Assembly (NCBI RefSeq): GCF_009914755.1 | Contig: NC_060925.1 | DNA length: 64,000 bases | Direction: 5' to 3' (one strand) | Source: the human T2T-CHM13v2.0 reference genome, Homo sapiens | Shown: piece after piece, positions 14,601 through 30,500 of the stretch | How positions within the stretch are numbered: the stretch's first letter is position 1 | Layout of the letters: the number at the start of each line of letters is the position of its first letter | Translations under genes and position numbers: made by a program | Notes under the pieces: generated by a model | Database searches by the model: none | What the model saw: only the letters and a program-made list of their open reading frames with translations | Told to the model about the DNA's origin: nothing

Positions 14601-16620
14601 ATCGAATGGACTGGAATGGAATCATTGAATGGACTCGAAAGGGATCATGATTGAATGGAATTGAATGGAATCATCGAATGGTCTCGATTGGAATCATTAT
14701 CAAATGGAATCGAATGGAATCACCGAATAGAATCGAATGGAACAATCATCGAATGGACTCAAATGGAATTATCCTCAAATGGAATCGAATGGAATTATCG
14801 AATGCAATCGAATGGAATTATCGAATGCAATCGAATAGAATCATCGAATGGACTCGAATGGAATCATCGAATGGAATGGAATGGAACAGTCAATGAACAC
14901 GAATGGAATCATCATTGAATGGAATCGAATGGAATCATCGAGTGGAATCGAATGGAATTATGATCAAATGGAATCGAATGTAATCATCATCAAATGGAAT
15001 CAAAAATAACCATCATCAATTGGTATTGAATGGAATTGTCATCAAATGGAATTCAAAGGAATCATCATCAAATGGAACCGAATGGAATCCTCATTGAATG
15101 GAAATGAAAGGGGTCATCATCTAATGGAATCGCATGGAATCATCATCAAATGGAATCGAATGGAATCATCATCAAATGGAATCTAATGGAATCATTGAAC
15201 AGAATTGAATGGAATCGTCATCGAATGAATTGAATGCAATCATCGAATGGTCTCGAATGGAATCATCTTCTAATGGAAAGGAATGGAATCATCGCATAGA
15301 ATCGAATGGAATTATCATCGAATGGAATCGAATGGTATCAACACCAAACGGAAAAAAACGGAATTATCGAATGGAATCGAAGAGAATCTTCGAACGGACC
15401 CGAATGGAATCATCTAATGGAATGGAATGGAATAATCCATGGACTCGAATGCAATCATCATCGAATGGAATCGAATGGAATCATCGAATGGACTCGAATG
15501 GAATAATCATTGAACGGAATCGAATGGAATCATCATCGGATGGAAACGAATGGAATCATCATCGAATGGAAATGAAAGGAGTCATAATCTAATGCAATTG
15601 CATGGAATCATCATCAAATGGAATCGAATGGAATCAACATCAAATGGAATCAAATGGAATCTTTGAACGGAATTGAATGGAATCGTCATCGAATGAATTG
15701 AATGCAATCATCGAATGGTCTCGAATGGAATCATCTTCAAATGGAATGGAATGGAATCATCGCATAGAATCGAATGGAATTATCATCGAATGGAATCGAA
15801 TGGAATCAACATCAAACGGAAAAAAACGGAATTATCGAATGGAATCGAAGAGAATCATCGAATGGACCCGAATGGAATCATCTAACGGAATGGAATGGAA
15901 TAATCCATGGACTCGAATGCAATCATCATCGAAGGGAATCGAATGGAATCATCGAATGGACTCGAATGGAATAATCATTGAACGGAATCGAATGGAATCA
16001 TCATCGGATGGAAATGAATGGAATCATCATCGAATGGAATCGAATAGAATTATGGAATGAAATCCAGTGTGATCATCATCGAATGGACCCGAATGGAATC
16101 ATCATCCAACGGAAGCTAATGGAATCAACATCGAATGAATCAAATGGAAACACCATCGAATTGAAACGAATGGAATTATCATGAAATTGAAACGGATGGA
16201 CTCATCATCGAATGGATTCGAATGGAATCATCGAATAAAATTGATTGAAATCATCATCGAATGGAATCGAATGGTATCATTGAATGGAATCGAATGGAAT
16301 CATCATCAGATGGAAATGAATGGAATCGTCATAGAATGGAATCGAAAGGATTCATTGAATGGAATCAGATGGAATCATCGAATGGACTGGAATGGAATCA
16401 TTGAATGGACACGAAAGAGATCATGATTGAATGGAATTGAATGGAATCATCGAATGGTCTCGATTGGAATCATTATCAAATGGAATCGAATGGAATCACC
16501 GAATAGAATCGAATGGAACAATCATCGAATGGACTCAAATGGAATTATCCTCAAATGGAATGGAATGGAATTATCGAATGCAATCGAATGGAATTATCGA
16601 ATGCAATCGAATAGAATCAT
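8603..16620 (+). repeat. Run of near-canonical units (spacings 1750, 1776, 1772, 1776)
   Basis: Landmark ORF starts at 8904, 10654, 12430, 14202, 15978. Confidence 0.9.
11661..13436 (+). repeat. Representative canonical 1,776-bp unit = 468-bp module A1 (11661-12128) + paralogous module A2 and unit-specific segment B (12129-13436, 1,308 bp)
   Basis: EcoRI sites at 11501 and 13277 are 1,776 apart. Equivalent ORF starts 11661/13437 and 10654/12430 are also 1,776 apart. A1 markers: TTCTAATGGAAAGG, GGTATCAACACC, ATCTTCGAACGGACCC. A2 markers: TTCAAATGGAATGG, GGAATCAACATC, ATCATCGAATGGACCC. Confidence 0.93.
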
Positions 16621-17659
16621 TGAATGGACTCGAATGGAATAATCATTGAACGGAATCGAATGGAATCATCATCGGTTGGAAACGAATGGAATCATCATCG
16701 AATGGAAATGAAAGGAGTCATCATCTAATGGAATTGCATGGAATCATCATCAAATGGAATCGAATGGAATCAACATCAAATGGAATCAAATGGAATCATT
16801 GAACGGAATTGAATGGAATCGTCATCGAATGAATTGAATGCAATCATCGAATGGTCTCGAATGGAATCATCTTCAAATGGAATGGAATGGAATCATCGCA
16901 TAGAATCGAGTGGAATTATCATCGAATGGAGTCGAATGGAATCAACATCAAACGGAAAAAAACGGAATTATCGAATGGAATCGAAGAGAATCTTCGAACG
17001 GACCCGAATGGAATCACCTAATGGAATGGAATGGAATAATCTATGGACTCGAATGCAATCATCATCGAATGGAATCATCAAATGGACTCGAATGGAATAA
17101 TCATTGAACGGAATCGAATGGAATCATCATCAGATGGAAATGAATGGAATCATCATCGAATGGAATCGAATAGAATTATGGAATGAAATCCAGTGTGATC
17201 ATCATCGAATGGACCCAAATGGAATCATCATCCAACGGAATCTAATGGAATCAACATCGAATGAATTGAATGGAAACACCATCGAATTGAAACGAATGGA
17301 ATTATCATGAAATTGAAATGGATGGACTCATCATCGAATGGATTGGAATGGAATCATCGAATAAAATTGATTGAAATCATCATCAAATGGAATCGAATGG
17401 TATCATTGAATGGAATCGAATGGAATCATCATCAGATGGAAATGAATGGAATCGTCATAGAATGGAATCGAATGGATTCATTGAATGGAATCAGATGGAA
17501 TCATCGAATGGACTGGAATGGAATCATTGAATGGACTCGAAAGGGATCATTATTGAATGGAATTGAATGGAATCATCGAATGGTCTCGATTGGAATCATT
17601 ATCAAATGGAAACGAATGGAATCACCGAATAGAATCGAATGGAACAATCATCGAATGGA

Positions 17660-20600
17660 CTCAAATGGAATCATCCTCAAATGGAATGGAATGGAATTAT
17701 CGAATGCAATCGAATAGAATCATCGAATGGACTCGAATGGAATCATCGAATGGAATGGAATGGAACAGTCAATGAACTCGAATGGAATCATCATTGAATG
17801 GAATCGAATGGAATCATCGAGTGGAATCGAATGGAATTATGATCAAATGGAATCTAATGTAATAATCATCAAATGGAATCAAAAATAACCATCATCAATT
17901 GTTATTGAATGGAATTGTCATCAAATGGAATTCAAAGGAATCATCATCAAATGGAACCGAATGGAATCCTCATTGAATGGAAATGAAAGGGGTCATCATC
18001 TAATGGAATCGCATGGAATCATCATCAAATGGAATCGAATGGAATCATCATCAAATGGAATCTGATGGAATCATTGAACAGAATTGAATGGAATCGTCAT
18101 CGAATGAATTGAATGCAATCATCGAATGGTCTCGAATGGAATCATCTTCTAATGGAAAGGAATGGAATCATCGCATAGAATCGAATGGAATTAACATTGA
18201 ATGGACTCGAATGGAATCAACATCAAACGGAATCAAGCGGAATTATCGAATGGAATCGAAGAGAATCATCGAATGGACTCGAATGGAATAATCTAATGGA
18301 ATTGAATGGAATAATCCACGGACTCGAATGCAATCATCATCGTATAGAATCGAATGGAATCATCGAATGGACTCGAATGGAATAATCATTGAACGGAATC
18401 GAATGGAATCATCATCGGATGGAAACGAATGGAATCATCATCGAATGGAAATGAAAGGAGTCATCATCTAATGGAATTGCATGGAATCATCATCAAATGG
18501 AATCGAATGGAATCAACAGCAAATGGAATCAAATGGAATCATTGAACGGAATTGAATATCATCATCCAATGAATGAATGCAATCATCGAATGGTCTCGAA
18601 TGCAATCATCTTCAAATGGAATGGAATGGAATCATCGCATAGAATCGAATGGAATTATCATCGAATGGAATCGAATGGTATCAACATCAAACGGAAAAAA
18701 ACGGAATTATCGAATGGAATCGAATAGAATCATGGAATGGACCCGAATGGAATCATCTAATGGAATGGAATGGAATAATCCACGGACTCGAATGCAATCA
18801 TCGTCGAATGGAATCGAATGGAATCATCGAATGGACTCGAATGGAATAATCATTGAACAGAATCGAATGGAATCATCATCGGATGGAAACGAATGGAATC
18901 ATCATCGAATGGAAATGAAAGGAGTCATCATCTAATGGAATTGCATCGAATCATCATAAAATGGAATCGAATGGAATCAACATCAAATGGAATCAAATGG
19001 AATCATTGAACGGAATTGAATGGAATCGTCATCGAATGAATTGAATGCAATCATCGAATGGTCTCGAATGGAATCATCTTCAAATGGAATGGAATGGAAT
19101 CATCGCATAGAATCGAATGGAATTATCATCGAATGGAATCGAATGGAATCAACATCAAACGGAAAAAAACGGAATTATCGAATGGAATCGAATAGAATCA
19201 TCGAATGGACCCGAATGGAATCATCTAATGGAATGGAATGGAATAATCCGTGGACTCGAATGCAATCATCATCGAATATAATCGAATGGAATCATCCAAT
19301 GGACTCGAATGGAATAATCATTGAACGGAATCGAATGGAATCATCATCGGATGGAAATGAATGGAATCATCATCGAATGGAATCGAATAGAATTATGGAA
19401 TGAAATCCAGTGTGATCATCATCGAATGGACCCGAATGGAATCATCATCCAACGAATGCTAATGGAATCAACATCGAATGAATCAAATGGAAACACCATC
19501 GAATTGAAACGAATGGAATTACCATGAAATTGAAATGGATGGACTCATCATCGAATGGATTCGAATGGAATCATCGAATAAAATTGATTGAAATCATCAT
19601 CGAATGGAATCGAATGGATTCATTGAATGGAATCAGATGGAATCATCGAATGGACTGGAATGGAATCATTGAATGGACACGAAAGAGATCATGATTGAAT
19701 GGAATTGAATGGAATCATCGAATGGTCTCGATTGGAATCATTATCAAATGGAATCGAATGGAATCACCGAATAGAATCGAATGGAACAATCATCGAATGG
19801 ACTCAAATGGAATTATCCTCAAATGGAATGGAATGGAATTATCGAATGCAATCGAATGGAATTATCGAATGCAATCGAATAGAATCATTGAATGGACTCG
19901 AATGGAATAATCATTGAACGGAATCGAATGGAATCATCATCGGATGGAAACGAATGGAATCATCATCGAATGGAAATGAAAGGAGTCATCATCTAATGGA
20001 ATTGCATGGAATCATCATAAAATGGAATCGAATGGAATCAACATCAAATGGAATCAAATGGAATCATTGAACGGAATTGAATGGAATCGTCATCGAATGA
20101 ATTGAATGCAATCATCGAATGGTCTCGAATGGAATCATCTTCAAATGGAATGGAATGGAATCATCGCATAGAATCGAATGGAATTATCATCGAATGGAAT
20201 CGAATGGAATCAACATCAAACGGAAAAAAACGGAATTATCGAATGGAATCGAAGAGAATCATCGAATGGACCCGAATGGAATCATCTAATGGAATGGAAT
20301 GGAATAATCCATGGACTCGAATGCAATCATCATCGAATGGAATCGAATGGAATCATCGAATGGACCCGAATGGAATAATCATTGAATGGAATCGAATGGA
20401 ATCATCATCGGATGGAAATGAAAGGAGTCATCATCTAATGGAATTGCATGGAATCATCATAAAATGGAATCGAATGGAATCAACATCAAATGGAATCAAA
20501 TGGAATCATTGAACGGAATTGAATGGAATCGTGATCGAATGAATTGAATGCAATCATCGAATGGTCTCGAAAGGAATCATCTTCAAATGGAATGGAATGG

Positions 20601-22340
20601 AATCATCGCATAGAATCGAATGGAATTATCATCGAATGGAATCGAATGGAATCAACATCAAACGGAAAAAAACGGAATTATCGAATGGAATCGAAGAGAA
20701 TCATCGAATGGACCCGAATGGAATCATCTAATGAAACGGAATGGAATAATCCATGGACTCGAATGCAATCATCATCGAATGGAATCGAATGGAATCATCG
20801 AATGGACTCGAATGGAATAATCATTGAACGGAATCGAATGGAATCATCATCGGATGGAAATGAATGGAATCATCATCGAATGGAATCGAATAGAATTATG
20901 GAATGAAATCCAGTGTGATCATCATCGAATGGACCCGAATGGAATCATCATCCAACGGAAGCTAATGGAATCAACATCGAATGAATCAAATGGAAACACC
21001 ATCGAATTGAAACGAATGGAATTACCATGAAATTGAAATGGATGGACTCATCATCGAATGGATTCGAATGGAATCATCGAATAAAATTGATTGAAATCAT
21101 CATCGAATGGAATCGAATGGTATCATTGAATGGAATCGAATGGAATCATCATCAGATGGAAATGAATGGAATCGTCATAGAATGGAATCGAATGGATTCA
21201 TTGAATGGAATCAGATGGAATCATCGAATGGACTGGAATGGAATCATTGAATGGACTCGAAAGGGATCATGATTGAATGGAATTGAATGGAATCATCGAA
21301 TGGTCTCGATTGGAATCATTATCAAATGGAATCGAATGGAATCACCGAATAGAATCGAATGGAACAATCATCGAATGGACTCAAATGGAATTATCCTCAA
21401 ATGGAATCGAATGGAATTATCAAATGCAATCGAATGGAATTATCGAATGCAATCGAATAGAATCATCGAATGGACTCGAATGGAATCATCGAATGGAATG
21501 GAATGGAACAGTCAATGAACTCGAATGGAATCATCATTGAATGGAATCGAATGGAATCATCGAGTGGAATCGAATGGAATTATGATCAAATGGAATCGAA
21601 TGTAATCATCATCAAATGGAATCAAAAATAACCATCATCAATTGGTAATGAATGGAATTGTCATCAAATGGAATTCAAAGGAATCATCATCAAATGGAAC
21701 CGAATGGAATCCTCATTGAATGGAAATGAAAGGGGTCATCATCTAATGGAATCGCATGGAATCATCATCAAATGGAATCGAATGGAATCATCATCAAATG
21801 GAATCTAATGGAATCATTGAACAGAATTGAATGGAATCGTCATCGAATGAATTGAATGCAATCATCGAATGGTCTCGAATGGAATCATCTTCTAATGGAA
21901 AGGAATGGAATCATCGCATAGAATCGAATGGAATTATCATCGAATGGAATCGAATGGGATCAACACCAAACGGAAAAAAACGGAATTATCGAATGGAATC
22001 GAAGAGAATCTTCGAACGGACCCGAATGAAATCATCTAATGGAATGGAATGGAATAATCCATGGACTCGAATGCAATCATCATCGAATGGAATCAAATGG
22101 AATCATCGAATCGACTCGAATGGAATAATCATTGAACGGAATCGAATGGAATCATCATCGGATGGAAACGAATGGAATCATCATCGAATGGAAATGAAAG
22201 GAGTCATCATCTAATGGAATTGCAAGGAATCATCATAAAATGGATTCGAATGGAATCAACATCAAATGGAATCAAATGGAATCATTGAACGGAATTGAAT
22301 GGAATCGTCATCGAATGAATTGAATGCAATCATCGAATGG
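17660..22340 (+). repeat. Composite higher-order block, copy 1 (divergent module + 1,503-bp variant unit + canonical unit)
   Basis: Shares structural junctions and private SNPs with ~27550-32650 at offsets 9,888 then 10,310. Confidence 0.85.
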
Positions 22341-22379
22341 TCTCGAAGGGAATCATCTTCAAATGGAATGGAATGGAAT

Positions 22380-25300
22380 CATCGCATAGAATCGAATGGA
22401 ATTATCATCGAATGGAATCGAATGGAATCAACATCAAACGGAAAAAAACGGAATTATCGAATGGAATCGAAGAGAATCATCGAATGGACCCGAATGGAAT
22501 CATCTAATGGAATGGAATGGAATAATCCATGGACTCGAATGCAATCATCATCGAATGGAATCGAATGGAATCATCGAATGGACTCGAATGGAGTAATCAT
22601 TGAACGGAATCGAATGGAATCATCATCGGATGGAAATGAATGGAATCATCATCGAATGGAATCGAATAGAATTATGGAATGAAATCCAGTGTGATCATCA
22701 TCGAATGGACCCGAATGGAATCATCATCCACCGGAAGCTAATGGAATCAACATCGAATGAATCGAATGGAAACACCATCGAATTGAAACGAATGGAATTA
22801 TCATGAAATTGAAATGGATGGACTCATCATCGAATGGATTCGAATGGAATCATCGAATAAAATTGATTGAAATCATCATCCAATGAAATCGAATGGTATC
22901 ATTGAATGGAATCGAATGGAATCATCATCAGATGGAAATGAATGGAATCGTCATAGAATGGAATCGAATGGATTCATTGAATGGAATCAGATGGAATCAT
23001 CGAATGGACTGGAATGGAATCATTGAATGGACCCGAATGGGATCATGATTGAATGGAATTGAATGGAATCATCGAATGGTCTCGATTGGAATCATTATCA
23101 AATGGAATCGAATGGAATCACCGAATAGAATCGAATGGAACAATCATCGAATGGACTCAAATGGAATTATCCTCAAATGGAATCGAATGGAATTATCGAA
23201 TGCAATCGAATGGAATTATCGAATGCAATCGAATAGAATCATCGAAAGGACTCGAATGGAATCAGCGAATGGAATGGAATGGAACAGTCAATGAACTCGA
23301 ATGGAATCATCATTGAATGGAATCGAATGGAATCATCGAGTGGAATCGAATGGAATTATGATCAAATGGAATCGAATGTAATCATCATCAAATGGAATCA
23401 AAAATAACCATCATCAATTGGTATTGAATGGAATTGTCATCAAATGGAATTCAAAGGAATCATCATCAAATGGAACCGAATGGAATCCTCATTGAATGGA
23501 AATGAAAGGGGTCATCATCTAATGGAATCGCATGGAATCATCATCAAATGGAATCGAATGGAATCATCATCAAATGGAATCTAATGGAATCATTGAACAG
23601 AATTGAATGGAATCGTCATCGAATGAATTGAATGCAATCATCGAATGGTCTCGAATGGAATCATCTTCTAATGGAAAGGAATGGAATCATCGCATAGAAT
23701 CGAATGGAATTATCATCGAATGGAATCGAATGGTATCAACACCAAACGGAAAAAAACGGAATTATCGAATGGAATCGAAGAGAATCTTCGAACGGACCCG
23801 AATGGAATCATCTAATGGAATGGAATGGAATAATCCATGGACTCGAATGCAATCATCATCGAATGGAATCGAATGGAATCATCGAATGGACTCGAATGGA
23901 ATAATCATTGAACGGAATCGAATGGAATCATCATCAGATGGAAATGAATGGAATCATCATCGAATGGAATCGAATACAATTACGGAATGAAATCCAGTGT
24001 GATCATCATCGAATGGACCCAAATGGAATCATCATCCAACGGAATCTAATGGAATCAACATCGAATGAATCGAATGGAAACACCATCGAATTGAAACGAA
24101 TGGAATTATCATGAAATTGAAATGGATGGACTCATCATCGAATGGATTCGAATGGAATCATCGAATAAAATTGATTGAAATCATCATCCAATGGAATCGA
24201 ATGGTATCATTGAATGGAATCGAATGGAATCATCATCAGATGGAAATGAATGGAATCGTCATAGAATGGAATCGAATGGATTCATTGAATGGAATCAGAT
24301 GGAATCATCGAATGGACTGGAATGGAATCATTGAATGGACTCGAAAGGGATCATAATTGAATGGAATTGAATGGAATCATCGAATGGTCTCGATTGGAAT
24401 CATTACCAAATGGAAACGAATGGAATCACCGAATAGAATCGAATGGAACAATCATCGAATGGACTCAAATGGAATTATCCTCAAATGGAATCGAATGGAA
24501 TTATCGAATGCAATCGAATGGAATTATCGAATGCAATCGAATAGAATCATCGAATGGACTCGAATGGAATCATCGAATGGAATGGAATGGAACAGTCAAT
24601 GAACTCGAATGGAATCATCATTGAATGGAATCGAATGGAATCATCGGGTGGAATCGAATGGAATTATGATCAAATGGAATCGAATGTAATCATCATCAAA
24701 TGGAATCAAAAATAACCATCATCAATTGGTATTGAATGGAATTGTCATCAAATGGAATTCAAAGGAATCATCATCAAATGGAACCGAATGGAATCCTCAT
24801 TGAATGGAAATGAAAGGGGTCATCATCTAATGGAATCGCATGGAATCATCATCAAATGGAATCGAATGGAATCATCATCAAATGGAATCTAATGGAATCA
24901 TTGAAAAGAATTGAATGGAATCGTCATCGAATGAATTGAATGAAATCATCGAATGGTCTCGAATGGAATCATCTTCTAATGGGAAGGAATGGAATCATCG
25001 CATAGAATCGAATGGAATTATCATCGAATGGAATCGAATGGTATCAACACCAAACGGAAAAAAACGGAATTATCGAATGGAATCGAAGAGAATCTTCGAA
25101 CGGACCCGAATGGAATCATCTAATGGAATGGAATGGAATAATCCATGGACTCGAATGCAATCATCATCGAATGGAATCGAATGGAATCATCGAATGGACT
25201 CGAATGGAATAATCATTGAACGGAATCGAATGGAATCATCATCGGATGGAAACGAATGGAATCATCATCGAATGGAAATGAAAGGAGTCATCATCTAATG

Positions 25301-27550
25301 GAATTGCATGGAATCATCATAAAATGGAATCGAATGGAATCAACATCAAATGGAATCAAATGGAATCATTGAACGGAATTGAATGGAATCGTCATCGAAT
25401 GAATTGACTGCAATCATCGAATGGTCTCGAATGGAATCATCTTCAAATGGAATGGAATGGAATCATCGCATAGAATCGAATGGAATTATCATCGAATGGA
25501 ATCGAATGGAATCAACATCAAACGGAAAAAAACGGAATTATCGAATGGAATCGAAGAGAATCATCGAATGGACCCGAATGGAATCATCTAATGGAATGGA
25601 ATGGAATAATCCATGGACTCGAATGCAATCATCATCGAATGGAATCGAATGGAATCATCGAATGGACTCGAATGGAGTAATCATTGAACGGAATCGAATG
25701 GAATCATCATCGGATGGAAATGAATGGAATCATCATCGAATGGAATCGAATAGAATTATGGAATGAAATCCAGTGTGATCATCATCGAATGGACCCGAAT
25801 GGAATCATCATCCACCGGAAGCTAATGGAATCAACATCGAATGAATCGAATGGAAACACCATCGAATTGAAACGAATGGAATTATCATGAAATTGAAATG
25901 GATGGACTCATCATCGAATGGATTCGAATGGAATCATCGAATAAAATTGATTGAAATCATCATCCAATGGAATCGAATGGTATCATTGAATGGAATCGAA
26001 TGGAATCATCATCAGATGGAAATGAATGGAATCGTCATAGAATGGAATCGAATGGATTCATTGAATGGAATCAGATGGAATCATCGAATGGACTGGAATG
26101 GAATCATTGAATGGACCCGAATGGGATCATGATTGAATGGAATTGAATGGAATCATCGAATGGTCTCGATTGGAATCATTATCAAATGGAATCGAATGGA
26201 ATCACCGAATAGAATCGAATGGAACAATCATCGAATGGACTCAAATGGAATTATCCTCAAATGGAATCGAATGGAATTATCGAATGCAATCGAATGGAAT
26301 TATGGAATGCAATCGAATAGAATCATCGAAAGGACTCGAATGGAATCAGCGAATGGAATGGAATGGAACAGTCAATGAACTCGAATGGAATCATCATTGA
26401 ATGGAATCGAATGGAATCATCGAGTGGAATCGAATGGAATTATGATCAAATGGAATCGAATGTAATCATCATCAAATGGAATCAAAAATAACCATCATCA
26501 ATTGGTATTGAATGGAATTGTCATCAAATGGAATTCAAAGGAATCATCATCAAATGGAACCGAATGGAATCCTCATTGAATGGAAATGAAAGGGGTCATC
26601 ATCTAATGGAATCGCATGGAATCATCATCAAATGGAATCGAATGGAATCATCATCAAATGGAATCTAATGGAATCATTGAACAGAATTGAATGGAATCGT
26701 CATCGAATGAATTGAATGCAATCATCGAATGGTCTCGAATGGAATCATCTTCTAATGGAAAGGAATGGAATCATCGCATAGAATCGAATGGAATTATCAT
26801 CGAATGGAATCGAATGGTATCAACACCAAACGGAAAAAAACGGAATTATCGAATGGAATCGAAGAGAATCTTCGAACGGACCCGAATGGAATCATCTAAT
26901 GGAATGGAATGGAATAATCCATGGACTCGAATGCAATCATCATCGAATGGAATCGAATGGAATCATCGAATGGACTCGAATGGAATAATCATTGAACGGA
27001 ATCGAATGGAATCATCATCAGATGGAAATGAATGGAATCATCATCGAATGGAATCGAATACAATTACGGAATGAAATCCAGTGTGATCATCATCGAATGG
27101 ACCCAAATGGAATCATCATCCAACGGAATCTAATGGAATCAACATCGAATGAATCGAATGGAAACACCATCGAATTGAAACGAATGGAATTATCATGAAA
27201 TTGAAATGGATGGACTCATCATCGAATGGATTCGAATGGAATCATCGAATAAAATTGATTGAAATCATCATCCAATGGAATCGAATGGTATCATTGAATG
27301 GAATCGAATGGAATCATCATCAGATGGAAATGAATGGAATCGTCATAGAATGGAATCGAATGGATTCATTGAATGGAATCAGATGGAATCATCGAATGGA
27401 CTGGAATGGAATCATTGAATGGACTCGAAAGGGATCATAATTGAATGGAATTGAATGGAATCATCGAATGGTCTCGATTGGAATCATTACCAAATGGAAA
27501 CGAATGGAATCACCGAATAGAATCGAATGGAACAATCATCGAATGGACTC
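22380..27550 (+). repeat. 3,084-bp-period tandem duplication (1,776 + 1,308 dimer)
   Basis: Landmarks 22600/25684 and 23908/26992 are offset 3,084. Shared private SNPs GGAGTAATC, CCACCGG, CAGCGAAT, GAATACAATTACGG, CATTACC. Confidence 0.88.
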
Positions 27551-30500
27551 AAATGGAATCATCCTCAAATGGAATGGAATGGAATTATCGAATGCAATCG
27601 AATAGAATCATCGAATGGACTCGAATGGAATCATCGAATGGAATGGAATGGAACAGTCAATGAACTCGAATGGAATCATCATTGAATGGAATCGAATGGA
27701 ATCATCGAGTGGAATCGAATGGAATTATGATCAAATGGAATCTAATGTAATAATCATCAAATGGAATCAAAAATAACCATCATCAATTGGTATTGAATGG
27801 AATTGTCATCAAATGGAATTCAAAGGAATCATCATCAAATGGAACCGAATGGAATCCTCATTGAATGGAAATGAAAGGGGTCATCATCTAATGGAATCGC
27901 ATGGAATCATCATCAAATGGAATCGAATGGAATCATCATCAAATGGAATCTGATGGAATCATTGAACAGAATTGAATGGAATCGTCATCGAATGAATTGA
28001 ATGCAATCATCGAATGGTCTCGAATGGAATCATCTTCTAATGGAAAGGAATGGAATCATCGCATAGAATCGAATGGAATTAACATTGAATGGACTCGAAT
28101 GGAATCAACATCAAACGGAATCAAGCGGAATTATCGAATGGAATCGAAGAGAATCATCGAATGGACTCGAATGGAATAATCTAATGGAATTGAATGGAAT
28201 AATCCACGGACTCGAATGCAATCATCATCGTATAGAATCGAATGGAATCATCGAATGGACTCGAATGGAATAATCATTGAACGGAATCGAATGGAATCAT
28301 CATCGGATGGAAACGAATGGAATCATCATCGAATGGAAATGAAAGGAGTCATCATCTAATGGAATTGCATGGAATCATCATCAAATGGAATCGAATGGAA
28401 TCAACAGCAAATGGAATCAAATGGAATCATTGAACGGAATTGAATGGAATCGTCATCCAATGAATGAATGCAATCATCGAATGGTCTCGAATGCAATCAT
28501 CTTCAAATGGAATGGAATGGAATCATCGCATAGAATCGAATGGAATTATCATCGAATGGAATCGAATGGTATCAACATCAAACGGAAAAAAACGGAATTA
28601 TCGAATGGAATCGAATAGAATCATCGAATGGACCCGAATGGAATCATCGAATGGAATGGAATGGAATAATCCATGGACTCGAATGCAATCATCGTCGAAT
28701 GGAATCGAATGGAATCATCGAATGGACTCGAATGGAATAATCATTGAACAGAATCGAATGGAATCATCATCGGATGGAAACGAATGGAATCATCATCGAA
28801 TGGAAATGAAAGGAGTCATCATCTAATGGAATTGCATGGAATCATCATCAAATGGAATCGAATGGAATCAACATCAAATGGAATCAAATGGAATCATTGA
28901 ACGGAATTGAATGGAATCGTCATCGAATGAATTGAATGCAATCATCGAATGGTCTCGAGTGGAATCATCTTCAAATGGAATGGAATGGAATCATCGCATA
29001 GAATCGAATGGAATTATCATCGAATGGAATCGAATGGTATCAACATCAAACGGAAAAAAACGGAATTATCGAATGGAATCGAAGAGAATCTTCGAACGGA
29101 CCCGAATGGAATCATCTAATGGAATGGAATGGAATAATCCATGGACTGGAAGGCAATCATCATTGAACGGAATCGAAAGGAATCATCATCGGATGGAAAC
29201 GAATGGAATCATCATCGAATGGAAATGAAAGGAGTCATCATCTAATGGAATTGCATGGAATCATCATAAAATGGAATCGAATGGAATCAACATCAAATGG
29301 AATCAAATGGAATCATTGAACGGAATTGAATGGAATCGTCATCGAATGAATTGAATGCAATCATCGAATGGTCTCGAATGGAATCATCTTCAAATGGAAT
29401 GGAATGGAATCATCGCATAGAATCGAATGGAATTATCATCGAATGGAATCGAATGGAATCAACATCAAACGGAAAAAAACGGAATTATCGAATGGAATCG
29501 AATAGAATCATCGAATGGACCCGAATGGAATCATCTAATGGAATGGAATGGAATAATCCGTGGACTCGAATGCAATCATCATCGAATGTAATCGAATGGA
29601 ATCATCCAATGGACTTGAATGGAATAATCATTGAACGGAATCGAATGGAATCATCATCGGATGGAAATGAATGGAATCATCATCGAATGGAATCGAATAG
29701 AATTATGGAATGAAATCCAGTGTGATCATCATCGAATGGACCCGAATGGAATCATCATCCAACGGATGCTAATGGAATCAACATCGAATGAATCAAATGG
29801 AAACACCATCGAATTGAAACGAATGGAATTACCATGAAATTGAAATGGATGGACTCATCATCGAATGGATTCGAATGGAATCATCGAATAAAATTGATTG
29901 AAATCATCATCGAATGGAATCGAATGGATTCATTGAATGGAATCAGATGGAATCATCGAATGGACTGGAATGGAATCATTGAATGGACACGAAAGAGATC
30001 ATGATTGAATGGAATTGAATGGAATCATCGAATGGTCTCGATTGGAATCATTATCAAATGGAATCGAATGGAATCACCGAATAGAATCGAATGGAACAAT
30101 CATCGAATGGACTCAAATGGAATTATCCTCAAATGGAATGGAATGGAATTATCGAATGCAATCGAATGGAATTATCGAATGCAATCGAATAGAATCATTG
30201 AATGGACTCGAATGGAATAATCATTGAACGGAATCGAATGGAATCATCATCGGATGGAAACGAATGGAATCATCATCGAATGGAAATGAAAGGAGTCATC
30301 ATCTAATGGAATTGCATGGAATCATCATAAAATGGAATCGAATGGAATCAACATCAAATGGAATCAAATGGAATCATTGAACGGAATTGAATGGAATCGT
30401 CATCGAATGAATTGAATGCAATCATCGAATGGTCTCGAATGGAATCATCTTCAAATGGAATGGAATGGAATCATCGCATAGAATCGAATGGAATTATCAT

